From: Octopus bimaculoides
Lineage: Eukaryota
Direction: 5' to 3'
Length of the DNA stretch: 64,000 bases
NCBI RefSeq assembly: GCF_001194135.2
Contig: NC_068996.1
Coordinates: 26,415,722-26,479,721 of the forward strand
In this document: piece after piece, positions 12,090 to 24,120 of the stretch
Layout of the letters: every line of letters starts with the position of its first letter
How positions within the stretch are numbered: position 1 is the first letter of the stretch
Made by a program: the position numbers and the translations under genes
The notes under the pieces: generated by a model
The model's input: the letters and a program-made list of their open reading frames with translations, nothing else
Told to the model about the DNA's origin: nothing
Database searches by the model: none

Positions 12090-12810
12090 TCTACCTGTTA
12101 TATTCATCCTATATCACAATACCAGTAATACTTTGGAACCTGCAACCTCTAGGGAACCTCTTGGGCATTTGAGAGAACCAAGAACCTATTTCCTGTATTT
12201 AGTGTTTATTGCTCCAGCACATCCGTCACATACGAAGTTTGCATTCTCTGTAAACTTTCCTGTGACTCTATTACCCCTCTTGTGTGTCCATAGCCTGAAC
12301 TGGGTACAGCTTACGGAATTCTTGCCAACACCTTTGCTACTTATTGAACAGGGCCATTTTCCTGACAGGAGCAATGTCAAGTCTATTTCCCTGCTTTCTA
12401 GAACTTTGGTCTTAGCCAAGTTAACTTTAAGGCCCTTTGATTCCAAGTTTTGCTTCCACACCTGGAATTTCTTTTCTAATTCTGTCACATATTTCACTAC
12501 AAAAGTGAGGTCATCAGTATATAGTAGTTCCAAAGGACAGCTGGTCTTAAAATCCTTTGTTATGGCTTGGAGGACAAATATGAATAGAAGGGGACTGAAA
12601 ACTGAGCTTTGGTGAATACTTATCTGCACATTAAATTCATCACTGAACTCATTACTCTCTCCTGACAGCTCCCCTGTACATGGCTTGCATGGCTTTCGCA
12701 AGCAATTTGTTTACTCCAGATCACAATGCAAGGATTCAGTAAAAAGGCTCTCTCCAGGTTCACTAAAGCCAAGTACAATGAATTACTTTTGGTTTAACAT
12801 TTCTATAAAT
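12090..12810 (-). mobile_element. RTE-clade LINE reverse transcriptase fragment (degenerate)
   Basis: ORF 12186-12701: IHQSSVFSPLLF (motif 4), LLYTDDL (YADD), GLKVNLAKTKV, then a Cys/His cluster. Confidence 0.9.
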
Positions 12811-12896
12811 GTCTCAGAAGAGATCTTCAGTAGTACCTCCCATTGATACAAAATCAAACTGTGTCTCATCTAGCCAAATTTCATATATATATATAT

Positions 12897-12949
<53 letters not shown>

Positions 12950-13794
12950 AAGATAGATAGATATAGATATAAATATAGGTATATATACATATACATACAT
13001 ATATATATATATATATATTTATNNNNNNNNNNNNNNNNNNNNNNNNNNNNNNNNNNNNNNNNNNNNNNNNNNNNNNNNNNNNNNNNNNNNNNNNNNNNNN
13101 NNNNNNNNNNNNNNNNNNNNNNNNNNNNNNNNNNNNNNNNNNNNATATATATATATATATAGTACTTACTTGTTTGCCTTCCTCTTTTCTCCTTCCATCT
13201 CTTCTGTATCAACTTGTATGGTTTTTGTTTCTCTATTTACTCTACTCCTCTTTTTGTCTTTCTCTATCTGTCTATCTATCATCTTCACCCAACAGAATGA
13301 AATAAATCAAAATGTTTGAATATATCTCTATATATCAAGGAAAGTATACAGAAGATGAGGGGTAGGGAACGTGAAGGGAGATGTTCTTTAAGAGAGAAAA
13401 AGACAGTTTGCAAAAACAAAAGCAAAAAAAGACAATTTTTAGGTTAGTGACTTTACTGTGTTCCTTAGAGTTAAACATAAAAGGTGACAGGTGATGAGAC
13501 AGGTGAGAAGTGACATACTTTGGTTCTTGTTATTTGTTTTGTTTGATCATTCATATATTATTTTCAGATATTTTATTTTATTTTATTCTCCTTTCTCAGA
13601 TCAGCAGAAATCTGAAAAGAGAACTTGGAAAATAGAAAGCTTGCAAAAATGCATGAAGCTCATAAGATGGGTTCTTGTAATGAACAGAAAGTATAAGAAG
13701 ATGTTGAGGATGAGGGAGAAGAAAAGGATTAAAAAAAGGGTAGAAAAACAGAAAATGTCAGAAAATGGACTAATGAAGAAAGGAAGAAATAACT

Positions 13795-13975
13795 GTTTCA
13801 AATTTTGGCACAAAGCTAGCAGTTTTGAGGGGAGGATGAAGTCGACATCATCAGCCCTGATATATTGTTTTATCGACCTTGAAAGGATGAAAGATAAAGT
13901 TGATCTTTGCAGGATTTGAACTCGTAATGAATCAGAAAAAATACCACTAGATATTTTCTCTAATATTCTAATGCA
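13795..13975 (-). mobile_element. SINE family B
   Basis: tttggcacaaagctagc...tcgaccttgaaaggatgaaagataaagttgatc...atttgaactc. Confidence 0.75.
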
Positions 13976-13991
13976 GTGGTTCTCAATGGGG

Positions 13992-14026
<35 letters not shown>

Positions 14027-14239
14027 TTAGCATCCTCTTGGCATTAGTTGGTTATTTTGGTATGGAACTGTCCAGACTCCAACTGTCTGTTGTAGAATGG
14101 TTTCTATGGTTGGATTCCCTTCCTAACCATCTTACAGAGTGTGCTGGGTGATTTTTATGTGCCACTGGCATGGGTGCATTTACATAGCACTGACACAGGT
14201 GCGTTAATGCAGGACCAGCATGGGTGTTTTTTAAGTGAA

Positions 14240-14480
14240 ATCAAGAGGTCCATGAGTATAAAAATGGTTGAGAAATATTGCTCTAATGATTTTGCCACTT
14301 CACTGCCTAAAAAGCAAAGCAAGAGTAATAATCAAACAGTATATTGCCAGAGCAGAAATTCCACATTGCGGAAAACAATCTAAAAATAGACGAGTGAGAA
14401 TTGAACACATCATCAATGCATATCAAAAGCACAAGTTACTAGATTATTTAAGAGGTATTGCATATAATTTGTCTTTGTAA
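14240..14480 (+). mobile_element. MULE (Mutator-like) transposase C-terminal relic
   Basis: ...RVRIEHIINAYQKHKLLDYLRGIAYNLSL* resembles the L(D/E)YLRGIAHN ending of animal MULE transposases. Confidence 0.6.
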
Positions 14481-14919
14481 AATGCTTCTTCTTTCTGTCA
14501 ATTTAAAATAGTGATATCGTGTTTCTGCATTATTTTTTAATTCTAAGTCTTGTCAATGGATTTAGTAGATGTAAACTATAAGAAGCACAGTCTAATGAAA
14601 AACTAATGGCTCAGACATGTTATAGTAGGAAGCTAGAAACAACGAAAACAAACATACACATGCACACAGATACATACATTATATACATACGTGATGAGAT
14701 TCTTTTAGTTTTCATCTACCAATTCCATCCACAAGACTTTGGTTGGTTTGGGGCTTGAGTAGAAAACACTTGCTTGAGTTGCCACACAATGAGTCAGAAC
14801 CCAAAATCATATGGCTGGGAAGCAAACATCTTAACCACACAACCACACCAGCACACACACACACACACACACACACTTATATGGATACATCTCTGGCTTG
14901 GTTCAAAGTGTTGCTTGCT

Positions 14920-15440
14920 TGTCAGGACTCGCTACTTCATTCTGATATAAAGACATCATTTTACCTCACCACTGATGATACAGTAAAGAAATCTGTTTGT
15001 TTCCATGTGTAGGCTGACACTGAGCGAGCAAACTGATAGTGATAAAGGTGACACTGGAGTTTGTCTCTTTTGTTCAAAGTGTGTGGAACACATGCAATAA
15101 GTTTTTGGATCTAACCCACTGAGGGAAGGTGACAGGTGATGGTATCATGAGAGCATCCCATTTTCTGGTCCAATTCCCTAGTGCAATGGCATGGATACTC
15201 ATAGATATGTTGGTACAATCAGTCTTCATTGAACTAAATAGATCAACTGGGACACAGAGAGTTTGTGAGGTTGGATTTCCTTTCCTTGAAGCATGAAAGT
15301 CATTTCTGTGCAGTTCTTTCAATAATAGTGTCTGCTCCATATGCTAAACACAAATGTCTCAAGTAGTTTTGGCAACTTTGGAATAGAAGCAAGTATCAAA
15401 AATGGTCATGTTTTTGTCTACTTGACATTCCATCAAAATG
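14920..15440 (-). mobile_element. mariner transposase N-terminal relic (frameshifted)
   Basis: Frames give MECQVDKN..., RHLCLAYGADTIIERTAQK*, THGNKQ... and a degenerate TGDEKW region. Confidence 0.7.
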
Positions 15441-15641
15441 TAACTGAAAAGAAGTAAAATTTATTCAAATTTCTGATATAAGAAGCAAAAATTGCAGAGG
15501 AAGAACAGAACTACAAAAAAGTAAAAAATAATCACTATGATAAAATATTTTTCATGTTAATTAAAACAACATTTCAAAGAAGCATGCAAATTTATCTCAC
15601 AAACCTATATATACATGCACACGCGCATGCACACACACACA

Positions 15642-15676
<35 letters not shown>

Positions 15677-15679
<3 letters not shown>

Positions 15680-16090
15680 TTATTAAGGTAGCTATTTGCA
15701 ATTTATAACCGAAAGGCAACAAGTATAGTTGTCACTAAAGTGACTACGGATGCTAATAAGTGCCAGTATTGCTAGAAATAAGAGTCAAAACAACTCTTAG
15801 TCACTTCAGAGCACTTTTCTAATAACTGACAAGGGAAACAAGCTCCTTACAGCAAGCAAGATGAAGTCATATCAATACTGATTTCAGATTTGATTAATCT
15901 TCATCAGTGATTCATTACTCCGTCGCCAAGGGTTAAAGAACTTAACTCACCTCCTCAATCTTATAGGGAAGACCATAGGAAACTTTGACTGATTTCGAAA
16001 ATGGTAAAGTGAGAATTATAAATTCTTAAGGTGGCTATTCACAATTTACAAGCGAAACACAACAAGTATAGTCGTCGTGTATAAAGTGAC
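15677..16090 (-). repeat. 343-bp unit with diverged ~65-bp direct terminal repeats and an internal HHR-like motif
   Basis: 15677-15744 aligns with 16020-16090 (roughly 75-80% identical by eye); minus strand 15871-15912 reads CTGATGA-AGATT-aatca-AATCT-GAAA. Confidence 0.5.
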
Positions 16091-16137
16091 GGAGGGTGTT
16101 ATATATGCTTGTATGTGTGTGTGTATGTGTATGTACT

Positions 16138-16527
16138 GTGGAGGCGCAATGGCCCAGTGGTTAGGGCAGCAGACTCGCGGTCACAGGATTGTGGTTTCAA
16201 TTCCCAACCCGGGCATTGTGAGTGTTTATTGAGCGAAAACACCTAAGGCTCCACGAGGCTCCGGCAGTGGATGGTGGCGAATCCTGCTGTACTCTTTCAC
16301 CACAACTTTCTTTCACTCTTACTTCCTGTTTCTGTTGTGCCTGTAATTCAAAGGGTCAGCCTTGTCACACTGTGTCACGCTGAATATCCCCGAGAACTAC
16401 GTTAAGGGTACATGTGTCTGTGGAGTGCTCAGCCACTTGCACGTTAATTTCACGAGCAGGCTGTTCCGCCGATCGGATCAACTGAAGCCCTCGACGTCAT
16501 AAGCGATGGAGTGCCAACAACAACAAT
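16138..16527 (+). mobile_element. SINE family C (tRNA head, (CAA)n tail)
   Basis: ggaggcgcaatggcccagtggttagggcagcagactcgcggtc...gtttcaattccc (A box and B-box-like motif); ends gccaacaacaacaa. Confidence 0.85.
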
Positions 16528-16706
16528 GTGTATGTACATATACGTGTTTGTGTGAATGTATACATATGTAGATGTTGTAAACATAGGAGGTTTTATGTCT
16601 ATGTATTGTGAGAATATCATTGCGTGTATTTTTTATTTATTTTTTTCTACTTACTAGAGTAACTTTTCTTTTATTCAATGGTTTTTCTTAACTTTTGTTG
16701 CCATTA

Positions 16707-16765
16707 ATAGCCGATAAGAATGCATCGTAGCTCTTCAGTCCGATATTCGAAACTCTGAGTACTAT
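16707..16765 (+). ncRNA. Degenerate type I hammerhead ribozyme motif
   Basis: atag-CCGATAA-GAAT...ATTC-GAAAC-TCTGA-GTA-ctat; stems I, II and III pair but the core has U4C and G8A. Confidence 0.45.
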
Positions 16766-16855
16766 AATGACAACCTTCTAAATTATAACATATATAAATA
16801 ATACTCTATTTCTCTAATATTGAAGTCTCATTTCTTCTTCTTCTTCTTCTTCTTC

Positions 16856-16940
<85 letters not shown>

Positions 16941-17402
16941 GAAAAAGTTGGAGTCAACTACAAGGAGTACTGTTCAACATATATTTGCAATCACTACAAT
17001 TGTTTCTATGCAGTATCCAACTGTACTCCTTCTAAAAATAAGTCCTGAGGTCAATTTGTTCAACTAAAATCCTTCAAGGTGGTGCTCCAGCATGAGTGCA
17101 GTCAAATGACTGAAACAAATAAAAGAATAAAATATATATATATATATATATATACCCACACACACATACACACAAACACACACTCAGTCACACACACACA
17201 CACGCATACACACATACACACACACACACATACACTAAGACAATGAACAAAAGCAAAAAGTAAAAAGGTAACACAAGGAAGACAAAATTGTACAAATATT
17301 GTATTAGTTTAATGCTGAAAACGCTTACAAAGGAAGGGGTAGAGTCTTTATGTTTCAGATGTCAGTTGTATATGACTGTGTTTGTGTGTGTGTGTGTGTG
17401 TA

Positions 17403-17735
17403 TTTATTCTTTTATTTGTTTCAATCATTTGACTGTGATCATACTGGAGCACCACCGTGAAGGATTTTAGTTGAAGAAATCAACCCCAGGACTTATTTTT
17501 AAGTCTAGTCCTTCTTCTGTCAGCCTCATTTGCTGGAATGCTAAGTTATGGGGACATAAACACAGCAACACTCGTTGTGAAGCAGTGATGCGGGTGGGGT
17601 GGAAAATACACACACACACAAACACACACATATATATACATATATATATGATGGGCTTCTTTCAGTTTCTGTCTCCCAAATCCACTCACAAGGCTTTGGT
17701 CAGCTTGAGGCTACAGAAGAAGACACTTGTTCAAA
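17403..17735 (-). mobile_element. SINE family A, head-truncated
   Basis: Tail, second domain and internal microsatellite present. Confidence 0.85.
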
Positions 17736-18049
17736 GTTCTACTGCTTGTGTGTGTGGGGGGGTGTATTTGCCTCCCACTGCTTGACGACTGGTATTGGTT
17801 TGTTTATGTCCCCTGTAACTCAGTGGTCAGGCAAAAGAGATTGATACAATAAGTACCAGACTTGAAAAACAAAACAAAAAAAAATATTTGGGTTGAGTAG
17901 TTTGGACTAAAACCCATCAAGAAAGTACCCCCAGTACCCTTGTATAGCCACAACGTAATAAGTAGAACAAGTAAAACAAAAAAATTTGGAATAAATGAAT
18001 TCAAGATAATGTTACTCAAATCACAATACTCAGCAACTTTAATTGATAA

Positions 18050-18052
18050 TGT

Positions 18053-18106
<54 letters not shown>

Positions 18107-18425
18107 ATATGTTTGTGAATTGTGTGTATGTGTGTATGTGCATGCATATGTGTATTGTGCGCGTGTGTGAGTGTGTACGTGTGTGTGTGTGTGTGCACAT
18201 GTATGTGTATTGTGTGTTTGTGTGCGTGTTTGTGTGCATGCATATGTGTATTGTGTGTGTGTATGCGTGTACGTGTGTATGTGTGTAAATGTGTACGTGT
18301 GTGTGTGTGTGTGCACATGTATGTGTATTGTGTGCATGCATATGTGTATTGTGTGTGTGCATGTATGTGTGTGTGCACATGTATGTGCAGTTTATGTGTG
18401 TAAGTGTGTGTGTGTGTGCGCACGC
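18050..18425. repeat. Compound (TG)n microsatellite with higher-order duplicated blocks
   Basis: The block gtgtgtgcacatgtatgtgtattgtgtg recurs several times. Confidence 0.85.
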
Positions 18426-19279
18426 ACGCAGGAGAGGGGGGCACAGCTACCAATGACTATTATAATGCAAACGAATTTCCTTTTCATTACAGGTTCAATT
18501 TTAATTGATTAAACATCTTTCAGATCATTACATTAAGTACATTTACACCTACTTAACTATATGCAATCATTGTTTGGTAAGTCGTACCACAAAATCTATC
18601 CACTGGAAGCTTAGTAAATTAATGAACCTTTAAAAGCACATAGTTTACTTACAACTTGATAGGTCATAACAGTTTGGCAAACATCAAACAAAACACATTT
18701 TCCACAAGTTGTTTCTGATATTTACTTTGGATAAGATTCTCTCGGTGTGCTGCATTCTTACCCACCAACCACATCCTCTGAAGTTTTCTTTAATATTCTG
18801 TTTAATCATATTCCAGTTAATCGACACTGAACTGAAGAATTTTATCGATTTTTGTTTGTTTGTTTGTTTGTTTGTTTTTTAATTGCATTCCGCTCAGAAA
18901 GTTACATAACCTAGATGAATGGCATGTCAACTCCAGTAGGAATTTGAACTCAGAATGTAACGGAAATACTATAAAATATTCAGTCTGTTAGTCACTAGTA
19001 AAAGCAGCATTTAGTCTGCTTCATTAGACCTACACTGTAGGAAACCTGGGTAAGTGAAGGAAGCTCTTATATGGTATCTAAACCTGCTGGAAATAGCAGT
19101 CACATCTCTCTCTAACTGTATACAACCATCTTACAAAAAAAAAAAATAGAAAAAGAAATTAAAAGAAATACATGGGTTATGTAGTCCTGAATATACAAAA
19201 GGATAGGATGGTCAAGTTTGGAACTCCTTCAATTAAATATTTGTTTGATCAGGCTTGACCTAAAATTAAACAACAGACA

Positions 19280-19600
19280 ACATACCATTCCTCAGGAGAA
19301 AGAATCCTTTGTTACCAGTAGAGGAAATAGCTCCCTTAACTCATTTCACCCTGATCCTGTACTTACTTTGTTCACTATGCTTTTGGAATACTCATTACCA
19401 CTGCTAATTAGGTAACCTAGGTAACAAAAATTATCAGCTATTCCAAGGAAGCCTTCTGAGCATTTGAAGGAATGTACATGTACTACTACTGTGCTTCTGC
19501 CACATGCAATGTCTATTTTACCTCTTAATCTGCCTGTGATCTCTTAATACTTCATGTATATCAGCAAGTACACCACATGAAATTTCTACCAGCTCCTTTT
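19280..19600 (-). mobile_element. RTE LINE relic (post-RT region)
   Basis: Reads ADNFCYLGYLISSG...ELFPLLVTK, like the FCYLGD..SSGG...FRELLPLL region of RTE ORF2. Confidence 0.6.
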
Positions 19601-20299
19601 ACATATCAAGCTATTTCTCTGACCTCAGGGTTTTGTCATTTCCTTTTCAATCAAATCTTTAGTCTTTGTCTGCGTTTTGTTTGCAACATCCTGTACCCAG
19701 ATATGCATCTATATATACAGGTAGATGTAGGTATGCACATACTTGTACGTATATATGTATATACTCATTTATTATTTGTTTTATTTAATGCATCTTGATT
19801 CCAGGTTTTGCATATTTACCATATTTGATGGCATTATAAGACAAACTTTTTATTACAAAAATTTCACCTCTGCTTCTAAGCTGGGCCTCCCATAAACCTT
19901 AATGCATTAAAGACTTCTTATATTGAATATGTGCTGCTGAAACTTGGGTGCATCTAAATACGTCCATGAGTCTTTTATGCCATGAAATGTGGTATGCCTG
20001 GAATTTCTTCCTCAAGTCTTCTACAGATTTTGTTATATAAACTAAATTATCAGGAGTTCCAACTGATAGCTTGTCTTAAGTTACTCACTCATGGCCTTGA
20101 GGATATAATAAACGAGAGGTGGGGTGAGGGAAAGCGAGAGGTGAGAACTCAACCCTCTCCCACCCGCAACAGACTCTCTACCTGGTTGCTAGATTCATTG
20201 CAGAACTCATCATTGACTCTTAATTTGCTGACTTCACCTGTATACATGTCTAGTATAAGACATCAAAAATCATTCGTCTAATCCTAGATTTTTAAGCAA

Positions 20300-20480
20300 C
20301 ATTCAGAGTGTGAAGCTCAATCAAATGTTTTCTCTAGCTCAACAAGTGCTAGGGATAGGAACTTGCTTCTAGGAAAACACATTTACTGTAGTTGTCTTGC
20401 TACACCACTATGAAGATGTTAGTACCTCTTCTTGGCACAAAAGCTAAACAGCATCTCATCTAAGCTGATTCTGTTCTTAT
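20300..20480 (-). mobile_element. RTE LINE relic (RT motifs 2-3)
   Basis: RISLDEMLFSF...VELEKTFD resembles LDEMQFGF...VDLEKAFD. Confidence 0.55.
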
Positions 20481-20498
20481 GCATATGTGTGCGTTTGA

Positions 20499-20532
<34 letters not shown>

Positions 20533-20689
20533 CATATATATNNNNNNNNNNNNNNNNNNNNNNNNNNNNNNNNNNNNNNNNNNNNNNNNNNNNNNATATA
20601 TGTATGTATGTATATCTATCTATATCTATATAGCTGAGTTTATGAATGTGTGTGTGTGTGTGTTGCATCTATAGAAATCCACACCTTAC

Positions 20690-21531
20690 AAGATAGCAAT
20701 CTGGGAGTCGCACCAATGGATTCCTCATGGTCAAAAATGCCCGGAATTGGCCATTTGTTTTTTTTTGGGGGTTTTTTTTTGTTTCTTCCTAACACATGAA
20801 TTTTTGCATTAAAAATAATTTTAAACCATCAATTCTAACAATTTTCAAATCGCCATTATTTGCAAACATGAGGTCAGTCCCCTTCTACCTACGGTGTAAA
20901 AACAGATAGAGAGAGAGAGAAACATAACAGATTTTTTCAATATCGTCTTTTTACTGGATTATTTTGTAAACAATGTTACGAAACTTCATGTTTTCGAATT
21001 ATATATATATATATATATTATATGCTCCGTTATTAGACTATTTTCATTACTCATTGCATAGTGAACAGCGTAAGTTTTAAGCTTATATAAAAATACCATT
21101 ATAATTATTTACAGCATTGTAAAATACGGCACCGTATAATAAAGCCATTCGCACCGAAAGCATTTATATATATATGCTTACTATAGCCTCAGGCTGACCA
21201 AAATCTTTGTGAGTGGATTTCGTACTCGGAAACTGAAAGAAGACTGTCGTATATATGTGTATATTTGTATATGTGTGTGCCTGTGTCTTGTGTTTGTACC
21301 CCCACCATTGCTTGACAACTGATGTTGCTGCGTTTACATTCCTATAACTTAGCGGTTTGGTAAAAGACACTGACACAATGAGTACTACGCTTACAAAGAA
21401 TAAATTCTGTGGTTGATTTCTTCGAACAACGGCGGTGCTCCACCATGGCTGCAGTCACATGACTGAAACAAGTAAAGCAATAAAAATCTATGCCATTTTA
21501 ATCCCGAGCAAGGCCGGGTATCTCTGCTAGT
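20690..21531 (+). mobile_element. Probable Helitron-like element, interrupted by a SINE A copy (21178-21480)
   Basis: Ends cccgagcaaggccggg-tatctctg-CTAG|t, i.e. a subterminal hairpin-like motif plus CTAG; a similar end occurs at 36430-36452; the 5' boundary is uncertain. Confidence 0.5.
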
Positions 21532-21599
21532 ATATATATAAAATCATGATTGTCCTTGCATACAGGCATGTTCTCTACAGCTGAGTGATTCTCTTCAGC

Positions 21600-21875
21600 T
21601 GAGTGATTCTAATCTTGTGGCCTCATGGGTGCTGGTACCATGTAAAACGTATCCATACCAGTGTCACCCATGTTGGGGTCATATAAAAGTGCTTGTGCCA
21701 GTGGTGCATAAAAGCCCCCCCTGTACACTCTGCAAAGTGGTTGGCATTAGGAAGGTCATCCAACCGTAGAATCCATGCCAAAACAGACATGGCACCCAGG
21801 CAACTCCTGTTAAACTATCCAACCCATGCCACCATAGAAACAGGATGTTAAATGATGATGATGATGATGATGATG
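21600..21875 (+). mobile_element. RTE 3' UTR-like copy with (GAT)n tail
   Basis: gtggttggcattaggaagg.catcca...ccaacccatgcca...gatgttaaatgatgatg. Confidence 0.75.
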
Positions 21876-21879
21876 ACAC

Positions 21880-22125
21880 ACATATATCTATATGCATACT
21901 TATATATGTGTGTATATGTATACATATGTATATATACATGCATACATGTATTTATGTATGTGTGTGTGTGTGTGCATATGTGCATGTATGTATGTGTGTA
22001 TGTATGTATGTATGTATGTGTGTGTATGTATGTGTGTGTGTATGTACGTATGTATGTATGTATGTATGCATGTATGTATATGTGTGTATGTGTGTATGTA
22101 TGTATGTATGTATATATGTGCATAT
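21880..22125. repeat. (TATG)n/(TG)n compound microsatellite
   Basis: Direct reading. Confidence 0.9.
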
Positions 22126-22500
22126 GATAGTAAATGGATAAAAGATTACTGTCAGAAAAAAAAAATGTAACATGATTTATCAATAATAAAAATTCACTAT
22201 CTGTAAAAATAAAATCAGTAGAAATAGATCAAGTTAAAATAGAAAACAGTTTGTCATTTGAATCTGGCATTTTCAACATTTAAATGTGCAACGTTTATAG
22301 TTATTGCTAAGTAATGTTGGATTAGATAAATCATTAAAGTAATGGAACAAAATGACTTGCAGAATTTCTTCTGGAGAAAGTGAAAAGTTAGATAAACATT
22401 AAACATTCTAGAAGGTTTACAGCAATATATGGACATGTCTTCTTTATAAGGCTGTCTCTGAGATTCATTCTTTCTAATTATTATTTCACTCAGATACTCT

Positions 22501-22902
22501 CTTTACTCTTTTACTTGTTTCAGTCATTTGACTGTGGCCATGCTGGAGCACCACCTTTTAGTTGAGCAAATCGACCCCAGGACTTATTTTTTTTTTGGAA
22601 GCCTAGTACTTATTCTATCGGTCTCTTTTGCCGAACCGCTAAGTTACAGGGACGTAAACACACCACCATCGGTTGTCAAGCGATGTTGGGGGGACAAACA
22701 CAGAAAACACAAACACATACATATATATACATATATACAACGGGCTTCTTTCAGTTTCCGTCTACCAAATCCACTCACAAGGCTTTGGTCGGCCCGAGGC
22801 TATAGTAGAAGACACTTGCCCAAGGTGCCACACAATGGGACTGAACCCAGAACCATGTGGTTGGTAAGCAAGCTACTTACCACACAGCCACTCCTGCACC
22901 TA
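22501..22902 (-). mobile_element. SINE family A, full length, near consensus
   Basis: All modules present and many CpGs retained, suggesting a young copy. Confidence 0.92.
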
Positions 22903-23204
22903 TATATTGGTATTTTCTGTTTTTCTTTTTTTTTTAGCTTTAGAACTCATAATGCTGGCCAACAAGTTTCCATGGTGGCAGATGCAGAGGCAGACAGAGA
23001 AAGAGGTGGGCAAACAACATCTGTGAGTTGAAAGACCTAAAGATGAGAGATGCATTGTGAGAGGCAGAAGACAGAGATGGGTGGAGGGATCTGGTTGCCA
23101 AGTTATCAGTGGTTCTCTAATGATCAGCCAGACTACAGGGTATGTAATGTAATGTAATAAATGACATTCCCTCTGAATGGGAAGCCAGACTGTTACAGAC
23201 TTTG

Positions 23205-23392
23205 AGGCCAGAAATTTTGAAGAGAGTGGAGCAAGCTATTTACATTGACCCGAATACTTGACTGGTACTTTATTTTATCAACCACTTTCCTGTAAAAAGA
23301 TAAAAGGCGAAATTGACCATGGCAAGGTTTGAACACAGAAATTTGGCTAAACATCTTGTCTGATGTGCTAATGATTCTGCCAGCTAACCACC
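23205..23392 (-). mobile_element. SINE family B, diverged
   Basis: gaggccagaaatttt...ttgactggtactttattttatc...aaaggcgaaattgacc...tgctaatgattctgccagct. Confidence 0.75.
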
Positions 23393-23529
23393 TATGATAA
23401 TGGTCATAGCCCCAACTAATTTCTAATTAGTTGTAGAACACTTTCAGCAAATGAAATCCACAATTAGAAAATATATAAGATGATTAGATACCGGTAATGG
23501 ATTTGATAAACGCTTTGAGATGAGCATAA

Positions 23530-23596
23530 TTATTTAGTCATGACAATGATTATGATAGTGATAATAATGATTATTGAGTGGGGAGAGAAAAGATAG

Positions 23597-23630
<34 letters not shown>

Positions 23631-23744
23631 GGTAGCAGCGGCGGCAGTGGTGGCGTCGGCGGTGGTGGTGTTGGTGGTTATGTTGATAATAATGATGATG
23701 CTGATGATAATGATAACGATAACGCTGACAATGGTGATGATGGA

Positions 23745-23785
<41 letters not shown>

Positions 23786-24120
23786 CAATGATGATGATGN
23801 NNNNNNNNNGATGATGATGATGATGATGATGATGACAATGATGATGATGGTGATGACGATGATGATGATGATGATAATGATGATGATGATGATGATGATA
23901 GTGATGATAATGATGACTCTGATTGTGATTTTGAGGAAAATGATGGTCAAGATAGTGGTGATAATGATGATGATGAGGAGGAGGAAGATAAGGATGATGA
24001 TGAGAAGGGACAAAGGAAACGTGATGATGATAATGTTGAGAGTGGCAGTGATAATGATAGTGACAACAATGATAACGAAGCCTGTGATTGGTGGTGGTGG
24101 TGGAGGTGGCGGTTATTGGT
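23530..24120. repeat. (GAT)n/(GGT)n trinucleotide low-complexity tract
   Basis: Direct reading; source of the poly-D/M/H ORFs. Confidence 0.95.

Noticed and set aside
13491-13919. 142-aa Lys/Glu/Arg-rich ORF with a good upstream acceptor
   Set aside because: It is purine-rich low-complexity sequence running into a SINE, with no recognisable domain or convincing donor.
16138-16225. Genuine tRNA genes at SINE heads (also 49893, 52265-52336)
   Set aside because: A and B boxes are present, but acceptor and anticodon stems do not close properly and the sequence continues into repeat bodies.
18645-18780. Minus-strand exon ending in a perfect GTAAGT donor
   Set aside because: From the better acceptor all three frames contain stops; the only open version (TTCGKCVLFDVCQTVMTYQV) needs a poor acceptor.
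19818-19900. pogo/Tigger-like terminal sequence (taccatatttgatggcattataagac)
   Set aside because: No matching second TIR or transposase was found nearby.
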